Shown: piece after piece, positions 18,737 through 28,213 of the stretch
How the letters are laid out: each line of letters starts with the position of its first letter
Position numbering within the stretch: the first letter of the stretch is position 1
Assembly: GCA_958296135.2 (NCBI GenBank)
Contig: CATQHZ020000001.1
Coordinates: 1,440,001 to 1,504,000 of the forward strand
DNA: 64,000 nt
Direction of reading: 5' to 3'
Origin: an uncultured Poribacteria bacterium
GTDB lineage: Bacteria > Poribacteria > WGA-4E > WGA-3G
Program-made: the position numbers and the translations under genes
Notes under the pieces: model-generated
The model's input: only the letters and a program-made list of their open reading frames with translations
Told to the model about the DNA's origin: nothing
Database searches by the model: none

Positions 18737-20032
18737 TTAGATACCCGACACGAAACGCCCTGGGTTAAACAAGCTGCCTGCGTCAAATCGCGCTTTAACC
18801 TGCTTCATCAAGCCGAGTGTGCGGCCTTCAACGGGCCCCCAAACGTCAATCTGCTGTTTCAGTTCAGGCGAAGCAGATTCTATGATGAGACTTCCGTGTG
18901 ATTTCACTGCACGTTCACGCAGGTTTGCCAGCGTATCAAGTATCCCCTTAACCTCTTCCATTTTGAGGTAGAACACGCCGCTGCCTAGCAACGCCATCAT
19001 CTCCCTGGTTTCTGCCAGCGCGCCCTCGGCAAATTCGGCGATGTCTGTCCGTTTTAGGTTCATCTTCACGATGATAGAGGAATCGCCTTCGGCTTCCGGA
19101 AATGCCTGAATGGCATCATTGAGTTGTTGGCGCGATTCACCTTCTATTTCTTTCACACCTATCCCGCCATTTTGTTCCATAATTCTGCGAGTCTGGGCTA
19201 GTTGCCACGTTACGGTTTCTGCCTCGCCGCCGAACCCTACCACTAGCGTCGGACAGCGCGCCTCTACGCAAGCAAGTCGTGAATGGACAACGAGGTTGAC
19301 AAAATCCGGCAGTGTTTGTGAACCGACAACACTGAAACCCGCTTTGGCTGCTGCCTGCATGTCCTGAAATTGCGCGGTGAGTATCGCCTGCCGCGGCGGA
19401 ATCGGGGACAATTTGAGCGTCACTTCGGTGAGGATACCGAGCGTGCCGAGAGAACCGATATAGAGTTTATTCAAATCATAGCCGGCAACATTTTTCACCA
19501 CCTTGCCGCCGCTTTTGACAACGGTGCCGCTTGCATGCACCACGCGCAATCCCAAGACGAGGTTTCTGGCAGTCCCATAATGGAGACGTAAGGCGCCGCT
19601 CGTATTTGTCGCGACAATCCCGCCGAGGGTGCATCGCGATGCATAGGGGGGATTTAGCGGAAGAAACTGGCCATTTTCGGCTAGCCTTTCTTGCAGGGCA
19701 GCTAACCGAATGCCTGCCTCCACGGTAACGGTGAGATCAGCTGGTTCGTATTCTACCACCTCGTTGATGCGCGTCATCGCCAACACGATGTCTACTTTCT
19801 CAGGAGGGTTTCCACTCCGAAGTTTTGAGCCGCTCCCGGCGGGGATTACAGATAGATGCTGGGCGGCAGCGAGGCGGAGGATATCTTGTATTTCTCCAAC
19901 CGATGCGGGCAAAACGACGGATTTTGGCGTTAATCCATCGATAGTGTAGTCTGCGATTTGCGCGTCTGGCAGCATGCCGGATTCTCCGACGATGCGTCTC
20001 AGTTCATCGTGCAATGCGTCTGAGTTTGACAT
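18737..20032 (-). CDS. glcE: Glycolate oxidase FAD-binding subunit GlcE-like
   Basis: 'EYEPADLTVTVEAG', 'GGKVVKNVAGYDLNKLYIGSLGTLG', 'FNPGRF'. Confidence 0.85.
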   Translation of the reverse strand: MSNSDALHDELRRIVGESGMLPDAQIADYTIDGLTPKSVVLPASVGEIQDILRLAAAQHLSVIPAGSGSKLRSGNPPEKVDIVLAMTRINEVVEYEPADLTVTVEAGIRLAALQERLAENGQFLPLNPPYASRCTLGGIVATNTSGALRLHYGTARNLVLGLRVVHASGTVVKSGGKVVKNVAGYDLNKLYIGSLGTLGILTEVTLKLSPIPPRQAILTAQFQDMQAAAKAGFSVVGSQTLPDFVNLVVHSRLACVEARCPTLVVGFGGEAETVTWQLAQTRRIMEQNGGIGVKEIEGESRQQLNDAIQAFPEAEGDSSIIVKMNLKRTDIAEFAEGALAETREMMALLGSGVFYLKMEEVKGILDTLANLRERAVKSHGSLIIESASPELKQQIDVWGPVEGRTLGLMKQVKARFDAGSLFNPGRFVSGI

Positions 20033-20087
20033 ATTTTACTATTCCCTCCTCGGGTAAATTGATTGCTGTCGGACGTGTTGTGTAGGT

Positions 20088-20387
20088 TTATTCGCTGGAT
20101 TTCTCCTCAATAAACCTGATTTCCAGTCCTCTTACTGTTGTTCCCCCCGGGCTAGCGTCACTTTCCGTTGCAGCGAATGCGTGGCCCGGTAGTTTCTCGA
20201 GAGCTTCCACGCGCTGTTCGAGGGAAGAAAGGCGATTGTTCACATTTTCCTTCAGAACAGAGAGCGCGCGATTCATTTCACCGAACTTGCGAACTATCCA
20301 GTTTATGCCGCCTACGGCGGCAATAAGTAGGGTGGTTGCAGCACCTATGACTCCACCTACCCCCGCGCCTATCACTGTCTCCATCAT
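20088..20387 (-). CDS. Hypothetical protein with one N-terminal TM helix and a coiled coil
   Basis: Gly-rich hydrophobic helix, then 'LKENVNNRLSSLEQRVEALEK'; 4-bp overlap with the upstream ORF. Confidence 0.55.
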   Translation of the reverse strand: MMETVIGAGVGGVIGAATTLLIAAVGGINWIVRKFGEMNRALSVLKENVNNRLSSLEQRVEALEKLPGHAFAATESDASPGGTTVRGLEIRFIEEKSSE

Positions 20388-20719
20388 GTGGTTTTTCCGC
20401 CGAGATTGAGGTTCTCAAAGAGGATACCTAGGCGGCGCGTCCAATAATTTCCGGATTTACTTCCAAGGTAGTCAAACCGATTATCGGTGCTCCAGCCGCT
20501 AACATCTGTCCCCAATTTCTGGCTTAACGCGCCAGCAAGCGAGTCGAGAAACTCTTGATAGTTCTGGGCAGAAATGATAGGAATCCGGCCTGCCTCACTG
20601 AGGACAATGGTGAGCAAAAACTCATTGTCCTTCACGTGTTCAATAGAGCCGATTTCAACCTTGCCACGAAGCATTTCGCGGATTGCATCCGTGGCCTCGG
20701 CTTTGGAATAGGTTTTCAT
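20384..20719 (-). CDS. Hypothetical protein
   Basis: 111-aa ORF with ATG and AGGA upstream, co-oriented between glcD and glcE; no motif recognised. Confidence 0.55.
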   Translation of the reverse strand: MKTYSKAEATDAIREMLRGKVEIGSIEHVKDNEFLLTIVLSEAGRIPIISAQNYQEFLDSLAGALSQKLGTDVSGWSTDNRFDYLGSKSGNYWTRRLGILFENLNLGGKTT

Positions 20720-20755
20720 TTGAAACTTCCTGGTTGCGCGCCTGCACGGGCGCGC

Positions 20756-22180
20756 CTACGATAATTCGGGTTGCAAACCCAGTTTCGCGTAAGATTCCGC
20801 TGTCGGGAAAATCTTGCCGGGATTGCAGAGTCCTGTCGGATTAAAAATGTCCTTCACCGTCTCCATTACCTGCAAGTCGGCCTGGCTGAAGATGAGTGGC
20901 ATATAGTCCATCTTTTCAACGCCGATGCCGTGCTCGCCGGTGATGGTTCCACCCACTTCGGCGCAAACGGAGAGTATCTCCATATTGACATGTTCGACTC
21001 GCTCACACTGGTCTGCGTCGCGTTCATTGAAGAGCACGATAGGGTGGATATTCCCATCGCCTGCGTGGAAAACGTTCGCGATAGGAATCTGATACTTCTC
21101 GGAGATTTCGGAGATTCTGCGGAGCACCTTCGGCAGCCTTGTGCGCGGCACGACACCGTCTTGTGTGATATAATTCGGGGCGAGCCTACCGAATGAACCG
21201 AACGCGCTTTTCCGCGCCTTCCAGAGTTGCTGGCGTTCCGCGTCGTCTTTGGCGTAGTTCACATCCCGCGCGTTGTGTTGCTTAAAGATTTCCAGCATCC
21301 GATCGGTTTGGTTCTGCATTCCTGCCTCGATGCCGTCAAGTTCCACAATAAGAATCGCCTCTGCATCCAGCGGGAAACCGAACTGAAACGCCTCTTCTAG
21401 CGCGCGAATGACGAGCCTATCCATCATCTCTAGTGCGGCGGGAATGATGCCCGCGCCGATAATGGTTGAGACAGCGTTGGAAGCATCGTCCATCGTTTCA
21501 AAGACAGCGAGTGCGGTTTGATATGCCTGCGGATTGCGGGTGAGGCGCACTACTGCTTTCGTCACTATACCGAAGGTGCCTTCAGAGCCGATCATCACGC
21601 CGCGTAAATCGTAGCCCGGTGTCTCCTCAACGACGCCGCCGAGTTCAATAATCTCGCCATCGGGTAGCACCACTTCCAGTCCTAACACGTGGTCTGAAGT
21701 AACGCCGTATTTGAGCGTGTGCGGGCCGCCGGAGTTCTCCGCGATGTTGCCGCCGATGGTGCACGCTTTTTGACTGGACGGGTCCGGCGCGTAGTGGTAA
21801 CCTTGGTTTTGCACTGCATGCGTGAGCAACAGGTTTACCACGCCGGGCTCCACGACAGTGCGTTCGTTTTCGTAGTCGATTTCCAAGATGCGGTTCATCC
21901 GATTGAGCGCGATGATGATGCCGCCTTGCACTGAGAGCATCCCACCGCTCAATCCGGTGCCGCCGCCGCGCGCGATGAACGGCGTGTCGTGCTTGTTCGC
22001 TAGTTTCACGATGTCCGATACCTGCTGCGCGGTGTCTGCGAAGACGACGACATCAGGCATTGCCTTAAACGAGGGCGCGGCATCGCATTCGTAGACTGAC
22101 AGCGCGGTCGCGTCCGTTAAAACGTTTTTGGAACCGAGTAAATCGGAGAGTTCCGCAATGAGTTGTTCTTTATAGGGCAT
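20756..22180 (-). CDS. glcD: Glycolate oxidase subunit GlcD-like FAD-linked oxidase
   Basis: 'RGGGTGLSGG', 'APDPSSQKACTIGGNIAENSGG', 'HAGDGNIHP', 'ITGEHGIGVEK', 'NPGKIF'. Confidence 0.92.
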   Translation of the reverse strand: MPYKEQLIAELSDLLGSKNVLTDATALSVYECDAAPSFKAMPDVVVFADTAQQVSDIVKLANKHDTPFIARGGGTGLSGGMLSVQGGIIIALNRMNRILEIDYENERTVVEPGVVNLLLTHAVQNQGYHYAPDPSSQKACTIGGNIAENSGGPHTLKYGVTSDHVLGLEVVLPDGEIIELGGVVEETPGYDLRGVMIGSEGTFGIVTKAVVRLTRNPQAYQTALAVFETMDDASNAVSTIIGAGIIPAALEMMDRLVIRALEEAFQFGFPLDAEAILIVELDGIEAGMQNQTDRMLEIFKQHNARDVNYAKDDAERQQLWKARKSAFGSFGRLAPNYITQDGVVPRTRLPKVLRRISEISEKYQIPIANVFHAGDGNIHPIVLFNERDADQCERVEHVNMEILSVCAEVGGTITGEHGIGVEKMDYMPLIFSQADLQVMETVKDIFNPTGLCNPGKIFPTAESYAKLGLQPELS

Positions 22181-22213
22181 AATTGTTTTTTCCTTATCGT
22201 AGACGTTACATTT

Positions 22214-22242
22214 AGTTTACCATAATTTTCGTTTTCTGTCAA
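22214..22242 (-). promoter_or_regulatory. Extended -10 sigma70 promoter for glcD
   Basis: Minus strand TTGACA, 17 nt, TAAACT preceded by TGn. Confidence 0.7.
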
Positions 22243-22244
22243 AG

Positions 22245-22280
22245 ACAAGAGCAGCGTCAAACGGCTGACGCTGCTCTTGT
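22245..22280. terminator. Perfect 15-bp hairpin, probable terminator on the minus strand
   Basis: ACAAGAGCAGCGTCA-aacggc-TGACGCTGCTCTTGT; only a short T tract follows. Confidence 0.55.
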
Positions 22281-22486
22281 TCTGGCACTTGTATAGAAAC
22301 GCGTCTACAGTGACAACATATTTGCCGTGTTCTGACGCGTGGATTGCATCTCCCACCTATGAACGTTCATCCCCGTTGTGGAAGAGAGGGGATCCGCCGG
22401 TTCCGGTGCCGCCGGTTTAGGGCTGTCAAAGAACTGCCCCATTTGATGTCAAAATTGCCCCTTTGCATTTTGTTTTCCTCCTCATT

Positions 22487-22729
22487 TTAGTTACGGTAAG
22501 TCCAGAAACGTATAAGGATGAATCCTGTCAGAAAAAGCCAGAATGCGAATCCCTGGCGGGGTTTCACCATTGAGAATTTGTTCCTCTTCCGCTGCAGAAA
22601 CGCCGGCACCGACAAGAATCTCGCTACCAACAGCGTGAATGTCACCATTTTCCACGGAACGCCCTCGGTTTCACCGATGTCCCTCTTTACCCATAACAGG
22701 ATAAAAATTACCCACTCCCCCATCAGCAC
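22487..22729 (-). CDS. Small hypothetical membrane protein
   Basis: 80-aa ORF with three hydrophobic segments; start uncertain. Confidence 0.3.
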   Translation of the reverse strand: MLMGEWVIFILLWVKRDIGETEGVPWKMVTFTLLVARFLSVPAFLQRKRNKFSMVKPRQGFAFWLFLTGFILIRFWTYRN

Positions 22730-22776
22730 CGCGCGCCGTTTCGGCGTAATGTGATTTCATCCCGAACATTTTTCCT

Positions 22777-22805
22777 TTGCATCACGTTTAACAATATGCT
22801 ATAAT
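22777..22805 (+). promoter_or_regulatory. Extended -10 sigma70 promoter
   Basis: TTGCAT, 17 nt, TATAAT preceded by TGn; SD AAGGAGG follows. Confidence 0.75.
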
Positions 22806-22826
22806 AGATTTAAAGGAGGTTTCGTT

Positions 22827-23564
22827 ATGAAAAAGTCTATGATATGCATCATCGGTATCCTGATGGTGGGATTCGCCGGTGCGGTGTCCGCCGCTGTCTG
22901 GACGGATCCGTTTGATGGGAACGAACTTGTTGAGGACTGGGAATTCCGGGACCACAATAACAAGCAGACGCAGTATGAAGTCAAGGATGGCTTCTTACGG
23001 ATGACGAATCCCGGCAACTGGGGGCATACTACGCCAGATAAACCGATGCTGGAACGTGAAATCCCGAAGAGTGCCGCGAAAAATATCACGGTAAGCGGGA
23101 TTTTCTCCTCAGAACCGGATAAACCGGCGGACGCGTGGATTGGGATTTTCCTCTACAGTGACGAAGATTTGAACTATGCCTGTCTGCTGTTTGGCGGTGA
23201 GGCGAATCAACTACAGAAAACGCTCATCGGCAGCATGGTGCAAGCCAATTGGCAGGACAAGGGACATTTCCAGACAGGGTTTGATGTCCCGCTGCATTTG
23301 AAAATCGTCAAAGAGGATGACCTTTTTTCCGGTTACTATCGCGAGAACGAGAAGGATGAGTGGGTGCTCTCCGGCGAGAAAACGTGGAACCATAAGTTTA
23401 ATGTTGAACGCGTCGGCATCGGCTTCATGAACAACTGGGGAGGCCAGACCGTTACCTTCCTTGTGGATACGCTTTCTGTTGAAGGCGAAGGCATTGAGCC
23501 GCTGGCAGTTGCACCCGAAGGGAAACTCACCACAACGTGGGGGCGCGTCAAAGCGGCGCAATAG
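22827..23564 (+). CDS. Secreted concanavalin/lectin-like beta-sandwich protein with C-terminal 'KLTTTWG' motif
   Basis: Signal peptide, beta-rich body, ends 'LAVAPEGKLTTTWGRVKAAQ'. Confidence 0.75.
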   Translation: MKKSMICIIGILMVGFAGAVSAAVWTDPFDGNELVEDWEFRDHNNKQTQYEVKDGFLRMTNPGNWGHTTPDKPMLEREIPKSAAKNITVSGIFSSEPDKPADAWIGIFLYSDEDLNYACLLFGGEANQLQKTLIGSMVQANWQDKGHFQTGFDVPLHLKIVKEDDLFSGYYRENEKDEWVLSGEKTWNHKFNVERVGIGFMNNWGGQTVTFLVDTLSVEGEGIEPLAVAPEGKLTTTWGRVKAAQ

Positions 23565-23682
23565 CAATCAACTCACGGGCGGACATGGGTTTCTTGTAGC
23601 CGTGGCCGCCCTTCTATCCGAAAAAATAGACACATTGCCTCTGTCCAAAACACCATGCCGATAAAACCTCGTTAGAGATACA

Positions 23683-26600
23683 ATGTTTGTAGAGGAGGAA
23701 AATATACCCAAAATGTCGATTCCAAAAATGTCAGTCAACAATCCGGTGCTGGCGAACATGCTGATGCTGCTCATCATCGTTTTCGGCGTGTATGCTTGGA
23801 TAAGCCTGCCGCGCGAGCTCACCCCGGAAATCGCTTTGCAGACAGCGACTGTCGCGACGCTCTATCCAGGTGCTTCGCCGGAAGAAGTGGAAAAACTCGT
23901 GACAGCTCCTATTGAAGAGGTAATCGAAGAAAACGTCAGCAAAATCAACCTCATGCTTTCCACCTCATCGGAAGGCCGCTCCTTCATCTCTGTCGATTTT
24001 GAAGAAATGAGCGACCGGGATTTTGATAAGCAGCTCCAAAACCTCCGTGCAGCGGTTGAACAGGTGAACGAACTGCCGGATGAGATTTTAGACGAACCGA
24101 AGGTTGTTGAGTTAGATATCTCCGCTGGTTTTCCGATGTTGACGGTAGTTATCGGCGGCAGTATTTCCGAGTCGCGGATGCGGACTATTGCTGAGAATCT
24201 AAAGGATGAAATCCTAGACATCAAGAACATCGCATCCGTGCAGATAGCCGGTCTTCGCGAAAGGGAGATCTGGATAGAGGTGGATGCTGATAAACTCAAG
24301 GCATATCAACTACCCATTGCGGCTGTTGGGGTTGCACTTAGTACGAGCAATTTGAACATGCCTGCGGGGACTATCGAAATCGGGACAGCGGCGCGGACGA
24401 TGGAATATATGGTTCGCACGATGGGCGAATTTCCTAGCCCGGATACCATCGGCGACACCATTATCAGTGTGCAGCCTACTGGCACGCCGTTGCGCTTGCG
24501 CGATGTCGCCACGGTTTCGGATACTTACGAGAAGGCACGCACGCTCTCCCGCATCAATGGCCAACCGTCTATCAGCCTGAGCGTGCAAAAAAAGAGTGAG
24601 GGGAACACGATCAAGTTGGTGGCGCAGTTGCGCGAGTTGGTAAAGCAACGAGAAGCAGAGCTCCCTGAGGGCGCGGAGTTAAAGGCGGTTAACGATTATT
24701 CGGTTATCCTGAAGGAGCGGTTAGGCATTCTGGAGACGAACGCGCTTTTTGGCTTGGGACTTGTCGTGCTGATGCTGTTCGTTTTTATCGGTTGGCGGAA
24801 TGCGCTGTTCGCCGCTTTGGGTATTCCGGTAGCGTTCATGGCGACGTTTTGGTTTATGCTGATGACAGGTTATACGCTGAGTGGTGTGGCGCTGTTTGGG
24901 CTTATCTTAGTCGTCGGTATCGTTGTGGATGATGCCATCGTCGTGATAGAGAATATTTATCGGCATATTCAGGCGGGTGTTTCCCCGAAAGCCGCGGCGA
25001 TTCGCGGTGCGGAGGAAGTCGGTTGGCCGGTAGTCGCCGCCAGTCTGACAACCATCGGTGCGTTCGGGCCGCTTATGTTCATGTCCGGTGTTCCTGGCCA
25101 ATTTATGCGGATTGTGCCAATCATGGCGATTCTCGTGCTGCTTGCTTCGCTTTTTGAGGTGTTCGTTATCTTGCCGGCGCACGTTGCTGAGTGGGGTAAA
25201 GCGGAGCACCGAGAAACACGTTCCAACCGATGGTTTGATGTTATCCGGTACCGCTATATCAAAATCCTGAAAGCCACTATTCGGTGGCGGTATGTGTTCG
25301 TCGGGATTGTGCTTCTGGTTGGGTTAATTACGTGCGTCAGTGCGTTTTTCGTTCTTGACAAGGAGCTCTTCCCCGGTGAGGATTTCCCGCAATTTTATCT
25401 CAAAGCGGAGATGCCGCCTAGTTACGGTGTCCAGGAGACAACTGATGTCATTGCACAGTTAGAAGATGTTGTCAAAGGGCTTCCGTCAACGGAGCTCGCG
25501 GCTATCGTCAGCAACATCGGTTTGCATACGCCGACATCGGGCGGCATGGAGAGCGTTACCTACGGTGCTAATTTGGGGGAAATCATTATTGAACTTACCC
25601 CGAAAACGGAGCGTGCCCGGAGCGTTGATGAAGTCATCGCCGCGTTGCGAAGGGACACGGCGCGAATTAGCGGTATCGAGAAGCTGAATTACGTCACATT
25701 GGAAGGCGGGCCGCCGCAGGGCCAAGACGTTGAAGTAAAAGTCAAGGGCCCGCGTTTTGATAAACTGATGGAGCTCGCCGATGTGCTGAAAGCCGAGTTG
25801 GATGACATGGACGGCGTTTACGATGTCCGGGACGATTTTCGTGTTGGGAAGTCCGAGTTGCGGATTTACCTGAAGTCGGAAAAAGCGTATCAATACGGGT
25901 TAACGACGCTCCAGATTGCGCAAACCGTGCGGACGGCTATTGAAGGTGCCAAAGCGACGACGTATCGGGAGGCGGACGAGGCGATAGATGTCATTGTCAA
26001 ATACGATGAGGAGAGCCTCAAAACTTTCGACGCGCTCAATAACTTGCTGATTGCGACACCGACCGGGGTGATTGTCCCACTCAAGGATGTTGCCGAGATT
26101 GTGGAGGAGAGAGGCTATTCCGATATCCGCCGCTTTGATGGTGAACGCGCCATCACTGTGTATGCCTCCGTAGATACCTCCAAAACGAATGCCGTGAAAG
26201 TGAATGAGACACTCATCAGCGCGTTCACGGATAGGGAATCCCTGTATCCGGGCTATCGGCTCGATTTCCGCGGTGTTTTTGACGAGATTCGGGATTCGTT
26301 CTCGGAGTTGTGGAAGTTGTTTATCGTTGGGCTTCTCCTCATCTATGTGGTGCTCGGGGCGCAATTCAAGTCATTTACGCAGCCGATTATCATCCTGTTT
26401 GCCGTTCCGTTTGGGATGATAGGGGCGATGGTAGGGTTGCTTCTTGCGAATGCGACGCTCAGCATGGTTGCGATGTTCGGCATTGTTGCGCTTGCCGGCA
26501 TCGTCGTGAACGATTCGATCGTCCTCATTGATTTCATCAACAAGTATCGGGGGCTCGGCTACAACAAGTGGTATGCGATTCTGAAAGGCGGCAGCGTCCG

Positions 26601-26874
26601 GCTGCGTCCGATTATCTTGACTTCGATGACGACGATTTTCGGTCTGGTGCCGATGGCCCTCGGCCTCGGCGGCAAATCTCCTATCTGGATGCCGATGGCG
26701 AACACCATCATTTTCGGCCTGGCTCTCGCGACGACGATGACGTTGTTTGTGATGCCGGCGTTGTATGCGATTAACATCGATCTGCGTGGGCTCTTTTTTA
26801 AGGGAGAGGAGCGGGTTTCGGCGGCGGCTGTTGATGTGCCGGGGGTAGGTGAGGCGGTTCTTGCAGGAGATTAG
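23683..26874 (+). CDS. RND efflux transporter permease (AcrB/AcrD/AcrF family)
   Basis: 'YPGASPEEVE', 'GIVVDDAIVVIENI', 'GIVVNDSIVLID', 'RLRPIILTSMTT'; 1063 aa. Confidence 0.95.
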   Translation: MFVEEENIPKMSIPKMSVNNPVLANMLMLLIIVFGVYAWISLPRELTPEIALQTATVATLYPGASPEEVEKLVTAPIEEVIEENVSKINLMLSTSSEGRSFISVDFEEMSDRDFDKQLQNLRAAVEQVNELPDEILDEPKVVELDISAGFPMLTVVIGGSISESRMRTIAENLKDEILDIKNIASVQIAGLREREIWIEVDADKLKAYQLPIAAVGVALSTSNLNMPAGTIEIGTAARTMEYMVRTMGEFPSPDTIGDTIISVQPTGTPLRLRDVATVSDTYEKARTLSRINGQPSISLSVQKKSEGNTIKLVAQLRELVKQREAELPEGAELKAVNDYSVILKERLGILETNALFGLGLVVLMLFVFIGWRNALFAALGIPVAFMATFWFMLMTGYTLSGVALFGLILVVGIVVDDAIVVIENIYRHIQAGVSPKAAAIRGAEEVGWPVVAASLTTIGAFGPLMFMSGVPGQFMRIVPIMAILVLLASLFEVFVILPAHVAEWGKAEHRETRSNRWFDVIRYRYIKILKATIRWRYVFVGIVLLVGLITCVSAFFVLDKELFPGEDFPQFYLKAEMPPSYGVQETTDVIAQLEDVVKGLPSTELAAIVSNIGLHTPTSGGMESVTYGANLGEIIIELTPKTERARSVDEVIAALRRDTARISGIEKLNYVTLEGGPPQGQDVEVKVKGPRFDKLMELADVLKAELDDMDGVYDVRDDFRVGKSELRIYLKSEKAYQYGLTTLQIAQTVRTAIEGAKATTYREADEAIDVIVKYDEESLKTFDALNNLLIATPTGVIVPLKDVAEIVEERGYSDIRRFDGERAITVYASVDTSKTNAVKVNETLISAFTDRESLYPGYRLDFRGVFDEIRDSFSELWKLFIVGLLLIYVVLGAQFKSFTQPIIILFAVPFGMIGAMVGLLLANATLSMVAMFGIVALAGIVVNDSIVLIDFINKYRGLGYNKWYAILKGGSVRLRPIILTSMTTIFGLVPMALGLGGKSPIWMPMANTIIFGLALATTMTLFVMPALYAINIDLRGLFFKGEERVSAAAVDVPGVGEAVLAGD

Positions 26875-26934
26875 CGTCGGGTTTATGCGAATGCATCGAT
26901 GTTGTTCTGCGTTAGGCTTGTAGAGGGCTAGAAA

Positions 26935-28212
26935 ATGGCTAGACTAGAAGGTTTCCGAGTGCACAACTTCAAGGTTCTGAAGGATGTAACCCTGGGGCGC
27001 CTGTGGAACGGAGCGAAGAAAGAAGCACTCACTCCGATGACAGCGTTAATCGGCAAAAACGGTGTTGGGAAAAGTGCCCTATTTGATGCGCTCGCGTTTC
27101 TCGCTGACGTGCTGAAATCTGGGGTTGAGGCCGCCTGTGCCGCGCGTGGCCGCGGCGGCTTTGAGAAAATCCGGTCGCAAGGTGCGACGGGTTCCATTGC
27201 GTTTGAGGTGTGCTATAAGGAACACCGTGATGCCCGTTCTATCACGTATCAGATTGCTATTGCGGCTGACAAGGCGGGGCGGCCCTATGTCCTGCAAGAA
27301 TGTCTCATGCAGAGGCAGAAGAGACAGAAGTGCGGACGGCCATTTTCTTTCTTCAGGCTTTACAACGGCACCGGTGTGGCATGGCGAGGCGAACAGTGCG
27401 GTGTCCAGTTTGACGAAGAGACAGCGGATTTCGGGCTCCTCTTGGAACGCGCGAAATCGGCGGAATCCTGCGCGCCCGAGTTAATCGAATTGGAAAATCC
27501 TCGCAAACTGGGGATTGCTACACTCGGTGCCTTCAAACAGCATCCGCGAATTTCGTCCCTCTGCCGGTTTATTGAGGGGTGGTATTTCAGTTACTTCACG
27601 CCGGACGCGGCGCGCAACCTGCCGCCAGCGGGTCCTCAGGAGCATCTCAATAGTCACGGGGATAACCTCGGCAACGTTGTGCAATTCATGGCGCGCGAAC
27701 ATCCAGAACGTTTCCAAGCGATTCTCAAAAAGATTGCAGATAAAATTCCGGGCATCGACAGGATTGAGACAGAACGAACTAGCGATAACCGGTTGCTCCT
27801 CAAGTTCAACGACAAAGGCTTTCAGGATGCTTTTTACGTGCAGCAGGTATCCGATGGAACGCTCAAGTTATTCGCCTACCTTTTGTTGCTGGAAGATCCT
27901 TCCCCACCCCCGTTCCTCTGTATTGAAGAACCGGAAAACGGTCTGTACCATAAACTGTTGGAGATACTCGCCTATGAATTCCGCAAACATGCCGCTGGGC
28001 ATAAAGGCGGCTCGCAGGTTTTCATTACGACGCACCAGCCTTACTTTGTCGATGCATTGGATCCGAAAGAGGTCTGGATTCTGGATAAGGGTGAAGATGG
28101 GTTTGCCACAATCCGACGAGCAAGCGAAGACCAGGGTGTGAATTATCTTGTTGAGGAAGGGTTGCCCCTGGGATCGCTCTGGTACAGCGGCTATCTTGAC
28201 CCGAGGTGTTAG
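26935..28212 (+). CDS. ABC-type AAA ATPase (AAA_21-like)
   Basis: Walker A 'GKNGVGKS', signature 'VSDGT', Walker B 'LCIEEPENGLYH', 'ITTHQP'. Confidence 0.88.
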   Translation: MARLEGFRVHNFKVLKDVTLGRLWNGAKKEALTPMTALIGKNGVGKSALFDALAFLADVLKSGVEAACAARGRGGFEKIRSQGATGSIAFEVCYKEHRDARSITYQIAIAADKAGRPYVLQECLMQRQKRQKCGRPFSFFRLYNGTGVAWRGEQCGVQFDEETADFGLLLERAKSAESCAPELIELENPRKLGIATLGAFKQHPRISSLCRFIEGWYFSYFTPDAARNLPPAGPQEHLNSHGDNLGNVVQFMAREHPERFQAILKKIADKIPGIDRIETERTSDNRLLLKFNDKGFQDAFYVQQVSDGTLKLFAYLLLLEDPSPPPFLCIEEPENGLYHKLLEILAYEFRKHAAGHKGGSQVFITTHQPYFVDALDPKEVWILDKGEDGFATIRRASEDQGVNYLVEEGLPLGSLWYSGYLDPRC

Positions 28213-28213
28213 A

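Noticed and set aside
19248-19267. Possible in-frame REP remnant in glcE (GTAGAGGCGCG... on the minus strand)
   Set aside because: Too diverged to assign to any family by eye.
22424-22465. Direct repeat 'tgtcaaa..(c/t)tgcccc.ttt' as an IS21-like end or operator
   Set aside because: Only two imperfect short copies, with no partner end or transposase; insufficient support.
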